DNA of 64,000 nt from Bacteroidota bacterium (GTDB lineage: Bacteria > Bacteroidota > Ignavibacteria > UBA10030 > UBA8401). A program made the position numbers and the translations under genes. The stretch lies in NCBI GenBank assembly GCA_021796275.1, contig JAJYOI010000003.1:1532-65531 (forward strand), read 5' to 3'. The notes below the pieces were generated by a model. The model did no database searches, was not told where the DNA came from, and worked only from the letters and a program-made list of their open reading frames with translations. Below, piece by piece: positions 31,796 through 42,507 of the stretch (position 1 is its first letter; each line of letters starts with the position of its first letter).

Positions 31796-31931
31796 TACAT
31801 GCTGGAGAAAGATAGTCAAATCTCTGTGGACTTTCAATAAATTTGGCGTTCATTTAAGCGTGCGAAGATAGACTTCGGAACGTCTGTCTTCAAAACAAGA
31901 GAAGAAAAATCTTCACAAGGTTTCCATAATC

Positions 31932-32366
31932 TCAGGCAGATTTTTCCACCAACTCCTTCAGCGCATTTAATACCATTTTCCAATTTCCTTCCGAGTGATT
32001 CTTCTCTTCTTCCGTAGTATTATTATCCTGAATCACAGTAAGTGTTGTGCCTTGATCCGCAGGCGAAATCTTGTAAATAACTTTCTTGTAATTCTCCGGA
32101 TCATCTGCCAAACCCGACATGCCACTCCAATATGTTGTTTCAAGCAGCCGTTCTGAAACAATATTGAGTATTGTTCCTTTATCTTCGTACGCCTTCCCTT
32201 TCCACACGCCTCTGTAAATAATCGGGCTGCCAACTTTCCAATCTGAAATGGCTTCGGTGCCGAACAGATATTGCTTGATCATTTTAGGATCAATCAGCGC
32301 CTTCCACACTTTCGCTGCTGAAGCGTTGATCGTGACGGATTGAGTCGCAATAAACCCTGTGTTCAT
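31932..32366 (-). CDS. SRPBCC/AHSA1 domain protein
   Basis: INASAAKVWKAL, SDWKVGS and W..VL..LK motifs. Confidence 0.85.
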   Translation of the reverse strand: MNTGFIATQSVTINASAAKVWKALIDPKMIKQYLFGTEAISDWKVGSPIIYRGVWKGKAYEDKGTILNIVSERLLETTYWSGMSGLADDPENYKKVIYKISPADQGTTLTVIQDNNTTEEEKNHSEGNWKMVLNALKELVEKSA

Positions 32367-32644
32367 CTAACCCTCCTTAATTAAAAGTGATATAATTCAG
32401 CCGCTCATCTGGATTGCGGCAAAAATGAATGAAGCAACTTATGAAGCATTGAACAAAAAAACAAACAACACTGTGCACATCATAGAATTAAAATCGATCT
32501 GCAAATTCTGAAAATTTCCATGGCTTTAAATCTTTAGAACGACAAGAAAAAAGTAGACGGATTTGGACATTAAAGGAAATTCATCTAAAAGTTTTGGACT
32601 TTAGAGGAATTCTATGTAACTTTTTGATCAAAAGAAAGCGCCGT

Positions 32645-33334
32645 ATGGAATTGAAGATTAAGGATATCGTCGACCTTTTACAAGTTTCCGAAAAGACTGT
32701 CTACAGGTGGATCAAAGATAAAAAAATACCCTGTTATCGAATTAATCATCAGTATCGTTTCAATCGCACAGAAATTAATGAATGGATACTGAGCAGCAAA
32801 ATCGAACTGTCTTCTTCTCTTTTAAATTTATCAAGCTCTGGAAGACAAGACGATCTATCACAGCTTATAGAAAAAGGTGGAATTGTCTCTAATATTCCCG
32901 GTGAAAATGTTCGGGAAGCATTGCGAAATGCAATTCAAAGAATTAACACGCCGCAAAACATTCCGAAAGAAGAAATTCTCTCGGCTTTGTTAAGCAGGGA
33001 AGAAATGATGCCGACGGCAATCGGCAAAGGAATAGCAATTCCTCACCCGCGCAATCCCATCATTACCGATTTAAAAAATGCGAGCGTTTCAATTTGTTGC
33101 TTGGAGAAACCGGTTGATTTCGGTTCTTTGGACAATCTTCCGGTTCACACTCTTTTCATTTTACTCACGGCAACTCCGAAAATGCATTTAGAAGTGCTTT
33201 CTAAAATTTCGTACCTCTGCCAAGATGACTCCTTCTTAAATCTGCTGAAGGAACATGCGCAAAAAGAAATTATTTTGGACTATGTTCGCAAGAGAGAATT
33301 AGAGTGGCACAAGAAAGAGACGTTGAATAAATGA
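32645..33334 (+). CDS. Excisionase-type HTH fused to PTS EIIA (PtsN-like) domain
   Basis: LLQVSEKTVYRWI...YRF...EW HTH; RE...PTAIGKGIAIPHPR phospho-His motif. Confidence 0.88.
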   Translation: MELKIKDIVDLLQVSEKTVYRWIKDKKIPCYRINHQYRFNRTEINEWILSSKIELSSSLLNLSSSGRQDDLSQLIEKGGIVSNIPGENVREALRNAIQRINTPQNIPKEEILSALLSREEMMPTAIGKGIAIPHPRNPIITDLKNASVSICCLEKPVDFGSLDNLPVHTLFILLTATPKMHLEVLSKISYLCQDDSFLNLLKEHAQKEIILDYVRKRELEWHKKETLNK

Positions 33335-35313
33335 TAAGCTTCTTTGCGGGTACCGCGTTGTTTTTCGTTGGAGGGTTAGCCGCCATTGTTGTAAAAGGAA
33401 AATTCAAGGCGATGATGTTTTTAATTTTCGCAGTCCTTGCTGAATTTTTTCTTCTCCCTTCGATCGTCCGGATTTTACTGTATGGCGGCCAACTTGAAAC
33501 GCAGCTCGCTTTCTCTGGTCCGATTGGAATTTCATTTATCCGATTAGATCCGTTGGCGGCGCTGTTTGCGCTGATCATTTCTCTCGGCTCATTGCTTGCC
33601 GCAGTGTATTCCATCGGTTACATGAAAATGTATTCGGACGATACGGCAGAACTTTCATCCTATTATTTCTTTTTAGGGATGATGGTTTCTTCAATGCTTC
33701 TTGTCGTCGTCGTACAAAATGCGTTGCTCTTCCTCATTGTCTGGGAATTGATGTCGCTTGCCTCGTTCTTTCTTGTAAGCTTTGAACACAAAAAAGAGGA
33801 CGTGAGAAAAGCCGGACTCTATTACCTCGTTGCCATGCAAATTGGAGCGGCATGTTTGCTTGCTGCGTTTGGTTGGTCGTCTGCAATTACCGGCTCACTC
33901 GATTTTAATTCTTTTAAAAGCGTTGCCGTCAATTCAGGCAGTAATTCAGTCTTTCTCTTTATTCTTTTCTTATTTGGATTCGGCACGAAAGCCGGTTTCG
34001 TTCCTTTACATACGTGGCTGCCGAAAGCACATCCAGCGGCTCCAAGTGGAGTTTCCGCGTTGATGTCCGGCGTTATGATCAAAACCGGCATTTATGGAAT
34101 TCTGAGAATTCTTTTGCTGTTCGGTGTTCCAGACTTACGACTCGCATACGGAATTTTTATCCTTTCAATAGTCACCGGAATTTATGGCGTCGCAAATGCC
34201 ATCGCGCAGCACGATCTGAAAAAATTACTTGCCTATCATAGTATAGAAAATATAGGTATCATCGGCATGGGAATCGGTGTTGGTATGCTTGGCTTGGCAT
34301 ACAACAATACGCTTGTTGCGGCACTGGGTTTTCTCGGAGCTTTGCTGCACACGTTTAATCATTTTACTTTTAAGAGCGTTTTGTTTTATGGCGCCGGAAT
34401 AGTGTACTCGCAAACTCATACAAGAGAAATTGAAAAGCTCGGCGGCCTCAATAAATATTTGCCGTTCACCTCCGTTCTTTTTTTGATTGCTTCACTTGCA
34501 ATCAGCGGCATGCCGCTGCTCAGCGGGTTCATTAGTGAGTTTGCAATTTTTCTTGGCATTGCGAGAAGCTTTTCTATCACTGCCCTCCCGATTAATATTG
34601 CTGCTTTATTAGGAATGTCCGGCTTAGCACTTATCGGAGCGATGGCTCTTTTGTGTTTCACCAAAGTCTATGGAATTTGTTTCCTCGGTTCACCACGATC
34701 AGAATTTCATTTTGTACCTTCAGAAAAAGAATCGTCGCTTCTTATCCCGATGATTATTTTGGATCTCTTCATTATTGCGATCGGTGTTCTTCCAATGCTT
34801 TCAGTTGTCGTGCTCGGCCATATCGTTGCGCAGTTTGTACCGAGTGTTTCAATCACCGCACTGCCGGAAATTATTTCACTGATGACGAAAGTATCCATCA
34901 CAATGGCTCTATTCATTTTCATAATTATTTTCTTCTTTGTCATAAGAACTGTTTTACTAAGGAAAAGAAGAGTGCAAGCCTTCAAAACGTGGAATTGCGG
35001 CTATCAGGGGGAAAGCAGCCGTCTTCAATACACGGCAAGTTCCTTCGCTCAACCATTCTTGCAATTGACTGCAGAATTAGTTCAGCAAAAAGTCCACATC
35101 CACAAAGAGCAAGTGCTCTTCCCTGCGCACGCGTCTTTTGAAAGTCATGCTCAGGATTTTTCAGAGCGATTGCTCATTCAGCCATCCATCCGCTTGCTGA
35201 ATAAATTCCTGAATAAATTCTCATGGATTCAAAGCGGAAGAATGCAACAATACATCATCTACGGATTGATCTTTCTCGTTGCGCTTCTTATCTGGATTTG
35301 GAGCGGCAAATGA
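33331..35313 (+). CDS. hyfB: Ehr/hydrogenase-4 antiporter-like subunit (HyfB-like)
   Basis: WELMS, GTKAGFVPLHTWLPKAHPAAPS and LLAYHSIENIG motifs. Confidence 0.88.
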   Translation: MISFFAGTALFFVGGLAAIVVKGKFKAMMFLIFAVLAEFFLLPSIVRILLYGGQLETQLAFSGPIGISFIRLDPLAALFALIISLGSLLAAVYSIGYMKMYSDDTAELSSYYFFLGMMVSSMLLVVVVQNALLFLIVWELMSLASFFLVSFEHKKEDVRKAGLYYLVAMQIGAACLLAAFGWSSAITGSLDFNSFKSVAVNSGSNSVFLFILFLFGFGTKAGFVPLHTWLPKAHPAAPSGVSALMSGVMIKTGIYGILRILLLFGVPDLRLAYGIFILSIVTGIYGVANAIAQHDLKKLLAYHSIENIGIIGMGIGVGMLGLAYNNTLVAALGFLGALLHTFNHFTFKSVLFYGAGIVYSQTHTREIEKLGGLNKYLPFTSVLFLIASLAISGMPLLSGFISEFAIFLGIARSFSITALPINIAALLGMSGLALIGAMALLCFTKVYGICFLGSPRSEFHFVPSEKESSLLIPMIILDLFIIAIGVLPMLSVVVLGHIVAQFVPSVSITALPEIISLMTKVSITMALFIFIIIFFFVIRTVLLRKRRVQAFKTWNCGYQGESSRLQYTASSFAQPFLQLTAELVQQKVHIHKEQVLFPAHASFESHAQDFSERLLIQPSIRLLNKFLNKFSWIQSGRMQQYIIYGLIFLVALLIWIWSGK

Positions 35314-36230
35314 TGATCAAGGCATTTGTCTTTGTGGCGGCGGCGCTTTCACCGTTTTTTTTCATCGGCATCGTTAATAAAACCAAGGCTCTTTGGGCAG
35401 GCAGAAAAGGCGCGTCGGTTTTTCAGCCGTACTACGATTTTTCTAAGCTGCTTTACAAAGGAGAAGTAATTAGTAAGACGACTTCTTTTGTTTTCAAAAT
35501 AGCTCCTTCAATAAATATTGCAGCAGTACTCTTTGCAATGTTATTTATTCCAATTCCTTTTATCGGATCAATCATAAGCTTTCCCGGTGACTTTATTGTA
35601 TTCACCTATACGCTTGCATTGGCGAAATTTATGCTCGTCCTTGCCGCTTTAGACACAGGGAGCAGTTTTGAAGGAATGGGAGCGAGCAGAGAAGTGACGT
35701 TTTCAGCGCTGGTCGAGATGGCATTTTTTATTATTCTCGGCACGCTCGCATTATTGAGCAGCCAGATTTCATTCCAAGCACTGTTTACAATGCTGACCGT
35801 TAGCGCGGGTTATTCACTGTTAGTAAAAATTCTTTTAGTCGCTTCCTTCTTTATTATGCTTTTAGCAGAAGGCAGCCGCGTTCCGGTTGACGATCCAAAC
35901 ACGCACCTCGAGCTTACAATGATCCATGAAGTGATGATCCTCGATTACTCCGGTCCCGATTTGGCTTTTATGGTGTATGCCGCAGGGATGAAGATGCTGC
36001 TCATCGCGCTGTTGATTGCAGACTTATGTATTCCGCCAAATTTACCAGTGATGGCAGCACTTTCGCTCTTCATCGGAGTTCTGATTCTTATTTATATATC
36101 CGTCGGAGCGGTTGAATCGTTAATCGCACGCTCACGAATGTCGCATGTTCCGCAATTTATTTTTCTTATGACGGCTCTTTCTTTGACAGCGTTCGCCGTA
36201 GTAACATTCTTTCTGCGCGGAGGAATGTGA
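35310..36230 (+). CDS. hyfC: NuoH-like subunit (HyfC/HycD)
   Basis: GRKG..QPY.D, SSFEGMGASRE and RVPVDDPNTHLELTMIHE motifs. Confidence 0.88.
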   Translation: MMIKAFVFVAAALSPFFFIGIVNKTKALWAGRKGASVFQPYYDFSKLLYKGEVISKTTSFVFKIAPSINIAAVLFAMLFIPIPFIGSIISFPGDFIVFTYTLALAKFMLVLAALDTGSSFEGMGASREVTFSALVEMAFFIILGTLALLSSQISFQALFTMLTVSAGYSLLVKILLVASFFIMLLAEGSRVPVDDPNTHLELTMIHEVMILDYSGPDLAFMVYAAGMKMLLIALLIADLCIPPNLPVMAALSLFIGVLILIYISVGAVESLIARSRMSHVPQFIFLMTALSLTAFAVVTFFLRGGM

Positions 36231-36865
36231 TGGCTGATATTTTGATAATTCTTCTCGGCACAAGTATGCTGTATGTTTTCGCCGTTAGCCGGATTGAAGC
36301 ATATGTGAAAACCCTCGCCGTGCAGGGATTCCTTCTTTTCCTCCTTGTCATCGTCGGCATGAAAGAAATCAGTTGGTTCAACATTGCATTTCTCGGCATG
36401 GAAACATTAGTGATCAAAGCTATCCTTATTCCGTATTTCCTCTTGACCGTCATTCGCAAAAATGAAATTGGACGGGAAGTAGAGCCGTATATTACGCAAT
36501 TCTATTCTATCTTCATTGCAAGCGGAATTATTGTTTTCGGATTTGTTGCTGCATTTTGGGCGGCTAAAACAGGCACAGGCATCAAGCCACTCTACTTCGG
36601 CGTTTCTATTATGTTTATTGTCTCCAGTCTCTTTTTGATCGTTAACCGCAAAACGATCATTACACATATTCTCTGTTATATGATGCTGGAGAATGGAATA
36701 TTTCTGCTCTCGCTTTCTGTTGCAAACGAATTACCGCTGTTGGTCAACCTCGGCGTCTTACTCGATCTGTTTGTAGGCGTATATCTCTTTGTCATCTTCT
36801 TTAATAAAATTCAAGAAATGTACGACGGCAGCCATATTGATGATCTTACAGAATTGAAGGATTGA
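36227..36865 (+). CDS. hyfE: HyfE-like membrane subunit
   Basis: K..LIP and MLENGI motifs; C-terminal L.ELKD. Confidence 0.82.
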   Translation: MMADILIILLGTSMLYVFAVSRIEAYVKTLAVQGFLLFLLVIVGMKEISWFNIAFLGMETLVIKAILIPYFLLTVIRKNEIGREVEPYITQFYSIFIASGIIVFGFVAAFWAAKTGTGIKPLYFGVSIMFIVSSLFLIVNRKTIITHILCYMMLENGIFLLSLSVANELPLLVNLGVLLDLFVGVYLFVIFFNKIQEMYDGSHIDDLTELKD

Positions 36866-38298
36866 TGATGATTGGTGTTGTGCTTCTTCTGCCGATAGCG
36901 TTAGGATTATTGAGCGTGCTGACTAAAAATAAAATTGTCAATCGCATAGCGCTGATTGGCTCTGCGGTTGTGTATGTTGTTGTTGCGGCAGCGCGGTGGA
37001 TGAATGTGGAGTGGGACTGGCTGCCCGCCTGGCTTTTAACCTACTTTCAATTTGATACCATCGGACTTTACTTTTTTTCCGTCATGGCGATAGTGTACGG
37101 CAGCGTTGCAGCGTACAGCATATTCTATTTTAAAGAGCACAACTTATCGGGAAAACAAGAATCCATTTATGTCATTGAGATTTTATTCTTCATCGTTGCA
37201 ATGACCGGAGTTATTCTCTCAACTCATCTTGCTTTACTGTGGGTGTTTGTTGAAGCGACGACATTAATAAGCGCACTGTTGATTTATTTCGAAAAGAAAA
37301 AATCGTCACTCGAAGCTGCATGGAAGTATGTCTTTATTTGCTCCATCGGAATCGCGCTGGCGTTTGTCGGCATTATTATTCTCTCCATCGGCAGCCGGCA
37401 TATAGATTCGCTGTTCTTCAAAGATTTATATGCGCGCGCTTCAGAAATAAATCCGTTTTGGCTCAAAGCATCGTTTGCATTTATTTTTGTCGGATTGGGA
37501 ACAAAAATCGGCGTTGCCCCGATCCATGCATGGCTGCCCGACGCGCATTCCGAAGCGCCTTCCCCGGTATCAGCTCTGCTTTCCGGAGCGCTGCTGAATT
37601 CTGCTTTTCTTGGATTGCTTCGCGTCCAGGGAATATTTATTCATGCCGGATTAGACGGCTTCTCAAACTTTCTTTTTCTCATCACCGGTTTTCTTTCGTT
37701 GATGGTGAGCGCCGTCTTCATGCTGAGACTGAAGAACTATAAAAGAATGCTCGCCTATTCTTCGATAGAAAATATGGGCTTTCTTTTCATTGGTGTCTCG
37801 CTTGGCAAATATGGTTTTTTTGCCGTTCTTCTGCATACGCTGTCTCATTCTCTTTCGAAAGCATCACTGTTCATGACGTCGGGTAATATTTTGCATCTCT
37901 ATAAAACTAAAAAAATTGATGAAGTAAACGGATTGCTCAAAACAGATCCGCGCACAGGCTGGCTGTGGATCACTGCTACGCTCGCCATTATCGGCTTCCC
38001 TCCGTTTCCTGCTTTCATCAGTAAATTTCTCATTATACAGGCATTTTGGTTAAACGGCATGTATTGGCTTGCCGCTCCGCTGTTCTTGTTTTTGCTGGTG
38101 ATCACTTTCGGCATGGGCGGTGCTGTATTTAAAATGTCTTTTGGTGAAGCGCAAGAATCAACTACAATAAATCAGAAAATAATGATGCACGCCTATGCAC
38201 CGCAATTCGTTTTGCTTTTGATTCTCATTGTTCTTGGAACTAATATGCCCAAACAAGTGCTTAATTTTTTGAACGGCACTGCCGGTTTTTTTCAATAA
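36865..38298 (+). CDS. hyfF: HyfF-like antiporter-like subunit
   Basis: WVFVEATT, EAAWKY, WLPDAHSEAPSPVSALLSG and KRMLAYSS motifs. Confidence 0.88.
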   Translation: MMIGVVLLLPIALGLLSVLTKNKIVNRIALIGSAVVYVVVAAARWMNVEWDWLPAWLLTYFQFDTIGLYFFSVMAIVYGSVAAYSIFYFKEHNLSGKQESIYVIEILFFIVAMTGVILSTHLALLWVFVEATTLISALLIYFEKKKSSLEAAWKYVFICSIGIALAFVGIIILSIGSRHIDSLFFKDLYARASEINPFWLKASFAFIFVGLGTKIGVAPIHAWLPDAHSEAPSPVSALLSGALLNSAFLGLLRVQGIFIHAGLDGFSNFLFLITGFLSLMVSAVFMLRLKNYKRMLAYSSIENMGFLFIGVSLGKYGFFAVLLHTLSHSLSKASLFMTSGNILHLYKTKKIDEVNGLLKTDPRTGWLWITATLAIIGFPPFPAFISKFLIIQAFWLNGMYWLAAPLFLFLLVITFGMGGAVFKMSFGEAQESTTINQKIMMHAYAPQFVLLLILIVLGTNMPKQVLNFLNGTAGFFQ

Positions 38299-38307
38299 GC
38301 GGAGTAA

Positions 38308-39798
38308 TTGTTGAACTGGATTGAGATAAAAAATTTACAAGCAATACCGTTAGACGAAATACCGCGTCTCGCTCTCGACGATTTGCGAAATCAGACGGCA
38401 GAGAAAATTAAAAGCGGAAAAAGGCTGGTTCAATTCTTTGGCGATACGGAATCTGATGCAATAACTATTTACGCAATTGTTGCTGACGATAACAATTCAA
38501 AGCTCTGTATCTCTTCTTCGAAAACTAAACCTGAGCAGACTTATTGCTCCATGACGCCCGAAATCCCTTCGGCTTCGTTATTCGAACGCGAACTATACGA
38601 GCTATGCAGAATCACACCCGAAGGGCACCCTTGGCTCAAACCTGTTCGGAAAGGAGTTGCCGGAATTGACCGAAGCGAAATTCCGTATAGATTTTTCAGC
38701 ATGAGCGGCGAGGAAGTTCACGAGGTCGGCGTTGGTCCTATTCATGCTGGAATAATCGAGCCAGGACATTTCAGGTTTTCTTGCCACGGCGAAAAGATCT
38801 TTCATCTTGAAATTGAACTCGGCTTTCAGCATCGCGGAGTTGAAGCACTCTTCATCAAGAACAACAATCGCCCTGCCTATCTCGAAAAACTATCGGAATC
38901 AATCGCCGGTGATACTGTCATCGGACATTGCGGAACATTCGTCCGTGCAATGGAATCCGCGGCGAACATTTTGGTTTCGCGCTCTGCAAAAACGATACGG
39001 ACTATTGCACTTGAACTGGAGCGGATTGCAATTCATTTGGGTGATTTGTCCGCGCTGTCCGGAGATGTTGCGTACCTGACAGGTAATTCCGTTTTCGGTG
39101 CGCTTCGCACAAAAGTGATCAACACAACAATGGCAATGTGCGGAAACCGGTTTGGCAGAGGATTACTCACAATGGGAGGAGTCAACTACGGCATTTCTCC
39201 AAAACTAAAAGAGAAAATTGTATCAACGCTCGATGAACTTGATGATGCTGTGCTTCTCGCAGGAGAAGTTCTGTTTTCGTCGGCATCGACGCTGGAGCGA
39301 TTTGAAAAAACGGGAATTGTCGAAAAAGAAACGACAATTGAAATTGGCATGGTGGGCCCTGCCGCGCGGGCAAGCGGAGTTGCCATTGATGTCCGCGCCG
39401 ACCATCCATTCGGTGGTTATGAATATTTCCCCGTCCATAAGTTGACATTAGACAGCGGCGACGTCTTTGCACGAGCCTATATTCGCTTTGTTGAAATTCA
39501 GCAATCGCTTAAAATTCTTCGTGAGCAATTGAACAATCTTTCCGAAAGTGAGTTGAAGAAAACTTTAGCCGCGCTTCAGCCAAATCGTTTCGTCGTTTCT
39601 CTCACTGAAGGATGGCGCGGCGAGATCGCTCACGTGCTTCGCACAGATCGTGACGGAAAGATCAAATGTCTGAAAATCAAAGACCCGTCGTTTAACAATT
39701 GGTTAGCTGTAGCGCTTGCTGTTCGCGAGGAAGGAATTTCCGACTTCCCTTTGTGCAACAAGAGTTTTAATCTTTCCTATTGCGGCTTTGATTTGTAA
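38308..39798 (+). CDS. Hydrogenase-related large subunit (NuoC-NuoD/HycE-like) lacking NiFe-binding cysteines
   Basis: FERE and VGPIHAGIIEPGHFRF motifs; L1 reads ESIAGD and L2 reads DFPLCNKSFNLSY, with no CxxC pairs. Confidence 0.88.
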   Translation: MLNWIEIKNLQAIPLDEIPRLALDDLRNQTAEKIKSGKRLVQFFGDTESDAITIYAIVADDNNSKLCISSSKTKPEQTYCSMTPEIPSASLFERELYELCRITPEGHPWLKPVRKGVAGIDRSEIPYRFFSMSGEEVHEVGVGPIHAGIIEPGHFRFSCHGEKIFHLEIELGFQHRGVEALFIKNNNRPAYLEKLSESIAGDTVIGHCGTFVRAMESAANILVSRSAKTIRTIALELERIAIHLGDLSALSGDVAYLTGNSVFGALRTKVINTTMAMCGNRFGRGLLTMGGVNYGISPKLKEKIVSTLDELDDAVLLAGEVLFSSASTLERFEKTGIVEKETTIEIGMVGPAARASGVAIDVRADHPFGGYEYFPVHKLTLDSGDVFARAYIRFVEIQQSLKILREQLNNLSESELKKTLAALQPNRFVVSLTEGWRGEIAHVLRTDRDGKIKCLKIKDPSFNNWLAVALAVREEGISDFPLCNKSFNLSYCGFDL

Positions 39799-39815
39799 AA
39801 CTATTTCGGTGAAGA

Positions 39816-40574
39816 ATGCTTGACCTGATAAAACTGAGAAAGCGTCACGGCTTTCAGGCAATTGCCGATGTTCGGAATGCGGCGGTGATGGAAACGCATC
39901 GCGGCTTCCCAATCATTGATGAAACAAAATATACCGATGATTGGCAAAAAGTTGCCGATGTATGCCCGACGAAAGCAATCACGACACATCCGGCTGCAAT
40001 CGATCTTGGAAAATGCATCTTTTGCGGCGAGTGTGAACGCGCATCAAACGGAGCGATCCGTTTCAGCAATGATCATAAAATTGCAGCATCGAAGAAAGAA
40101 CATCTCGTTATTGCTTCGGGAACAACGTATGCGGAATATCGTGCATCGGCAATAGAGGCACGTGAAAAAATACATAGCATGTTCGGCCGCTCTCTGAAGC
40201 TCAGGCAGGTTTCCGCCGGCGGATGCAACGGCTGCGAAATGGAATTGGCGGCATGCGGAAATGTAAATTTTGACATGGGGCGCTTCGGCATTGACTTCGT
40301 CGCTTCGCCGCGCCATGCCGATGGCATTGTCATCACAGGGCCTATCACAAAAAACATGGCGCTGGCTTTATCGGATGCGTACAAAAGCATCAGCGAGCCA
40401 AAAATTGTTATTGCCGTCGGCGCGTGTACGATTAGCGGCGGCGTGTTTGCAGATTCGGGGGAAACCAATCGTGAATTCATTAACACGGTAAAAATTGACT
40501 TGTTTATTCCCGGCTGCCCGCCTCATCCTCTCACTATCATTAATGCAATTTTAGATTTCATCGGAAAAAAGTAA
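39816..40574 (+). CDS. Ferredoxin fused to NuoB/HycG-like small subunit
   Basis: CP...CIFCGEC ferredoxin part; GGCNGCE, SPRHAD, GAC and PGCPP motifs. Confidence 0.88.
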   Translation: MLDLIKLRKRHGFQAIADVRNAAVMETHRGFPIIDETKYTDDWQKVADVCPTKAITTHPAAIDLGKCIFCGECERASNGAIRFSNDHKIAASKKEHLVIASGTTYAEYRASAIEAREKIHSMFGRSLKLRQVSAGGCNGCEMELAACGNVNFDMGRFGIDFVASPRHADGIVITGPITKNMALALSDAYKSISEPKIVIAVGACTISGGVFADSGETNREFINTVKIDLFIPGCPPHPLTIINAILDFIGKK

Positions 40575-40805
40575 GACGCCTGTCATTCCCTCTTCTTTTT
40601 CCTTCCTTCATCCTGTCCAACACGAGAAAGTATTATCTTCCGCTGTGTACTTATTACTCGCTTTAGATGTGTAATCTTCGTCATAAATAAAATAGAATCC
40701 GGAACTTTCAAATTTACAGTGGAGTTAATGCTAGAGATACTATCTCGCAGGCGCGGGGGTACATCGTCGGATAAATTTGCTGGAAGATAATTTTTGTGAG
40801 ATGAA

Positions 40806-42500
40806 ATGATGATTACCGTCTTCGCAGATATTCCGCAGCATACAGAGGCATCTCTTCACGCGGCAACGTACACTGTGCGAGGCAAGCTTCTTCGGACAAC
40901 TTCGGGACTCGAACCATACGCAGGACCGTGGAATGAATTGACCGCCGCGCATTTGCTCAGACGGACAATGTACGGTCCGAAACGAAGTGAAATCCTCTCC
41001 GCTGCATCAAGTTCGCTCGATACCGTACTCACTCAACTCTTCGCTCCGCCGCCAACTCATCCTATTCCTCCTGACCCGAATGTCCCGGGGCGTGACTGGA
41101 CTGTCGGTCCCTATTCCGATATCGTTCAGATCAACTATCAGTATGATTTCGCAATCAAAAAGTGGTGGGTCGGATTGATGCTCACGCAGGGAATTTCTGT
41201 TGTTGAAAAAATGACGCTCCTCCTGCACAACCATTTTGCATCGCAGGCAAGCATTGTAGGCGATGCGCGCTATATGTATAAACAAAATACTTTGTTCCGC
41301 CAATTTGCGCTCGGCAATCTCAAAGAGCTGACCAAAGCGGTGACAATTGACCCCGCAATGCTTGTGTATCTCAACGGATTCCTGAATAAAATTCCATCGC
41401 CGGATGAAAACTACGCCCGTGAACTGCAGGAGTTATTTACCATCGGAAAGGGACCGGAGATTGCCGATGGAAATTATACGAACTACACTGAACAGGATGT
41501 GAAAGCGGCTGCCCGCGTGTTGACCGGCTGGACAGTGCATCATACGACAAACCCGCCGGCTTCAGTATTCGTTCAGAAAAACCACGACAGCGGAAGCAAG
41601 CAATTTTCGTCGGCGTATCAAAATACCGTTATCAAGCCGACACTGAATCCCGACGGGACAATGAACGGCAGCAAAGAAATCAGCGACCTTATTGAAATGA
41701 TTTTCCTCCAGCCTGCAACTGCCCGGTGCTTTTGCAGAAAGCTCTATCGCTGGTTTGTCTATTACGATATTGATGATACGGTCGAACAAAATGTTATTGT
41801 GCCGCTTGCCGATATCATGATGAAGAATAATTTTGAGGTCAAGCCTGTGCTTGACACCCTTTTCCGCAGCGCTCATTTTTTTGATCCGAACAACATCGGC
41901 TGTGTCATTAAAAATCCTGTGGAATTTGCAGTCGGCACAGCGCGCCGGCTCAATCTTCCGCTGCCCGGCTCCGCCGATCCGGAATTTGTGAAGGTAACGG
42001 ACGCGCTGAGGGATACAGCGTGGAGTTTGCAAATGGATCTTCTTGAGCCGCCGAATGTGGCAGGCTGGCCTGCATACCATCAAGCGCCCGATTATCATGA
42101 AATATGGATCAGTACTACTGCGCTTCCGACACGCGGAAAATTCACCGACACCGTTCTGAACGGAATTCATCCGCAGGGAAGCACTACCACCTACAAAATT
42201 GATCCGGTTGCGTACGCCGCAGCCATGAGCAATCCGTCCGACCCGTTCAAGCTTGTTGACGAGATAACGTCGGACCTTTTGCCGCCAATCGAAGGAGGCG
42301 CGGCAATCACGCCGGAACAAAAAAATTATTTACTGTACAATGTTATGGGCTTGGTACAAAACGATGAATATGAATGGACCGCGAACTGGAACAATGCGCA
42401 GAAAAACCCGCCGGATAGTACGGCTTTGACGACTGTGACGAAGACGCTCAAGTCGCTTCTCCGATTCGTGATGCGAATGGCAGAATTTCAATTGACATAG
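40806..42500 (+). CDS. DUF1800 family protein
   Basis: AAHLLRR, EKMTL..HNHF, DPAMLVYL, ENYARELQELFT and PPNVAGWP motifs; start uncertain. Confidence 0.88.
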   Translation: MMITVFADIPQHTEASLHAATYTVRGKLLRTTSGLEPYAGPWNELTAAHLLRRTMYGPKRSEILSAASSSLDTVLTQLFAPPPTHPIPPDPNVPGRDWTVGPYSDIVQINYQYDFAIKKWWVGLMLTQGISVVEKMTLLLHNHFASQASIVGDARYMYKQNTLFRQFALGNLKELTKAVTIDPAMLVYLNGFLNKIPSPDENYARELQELFTIGKGPEIADGNYTNYTEQDVKAAARVLTGWTVHHTTNPPASVFVQKNHDSGSKQFSSAYQNTVIKPTLNPDGTMNGSKEISDLIEMIFLQPATARCFCRKLYRWFVYYDIDDTVEQNVIVPLADIMMKNNFEVKPVLDTLFRSAHFFDPNNIGCVIKNPVEFAVGTARRLNLPLPGSADPEFVKVTDALRDTAWSLQMDLLEPPNVAGWPAYHQAPDYHEIWISTTALPTRGKFTDTVLNGIHPQGSTTTYKIDPVAYAAAMSNPSDPFKLVDEITSDLLPPIEGGAAITPEQKNYLLYNVMGLVQNDEYEWTANWNNAQKNPPDSTALTTVTKTLKSLLRFVMRMAEFQLT

Positions 42501-42507
42501 AGTAAAA

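Noticed and set aside
38308..39798. Functional [NiFe] group 4 hydrogenase
   Set aside because: Both Ni-binding CxxC motifs are missing.
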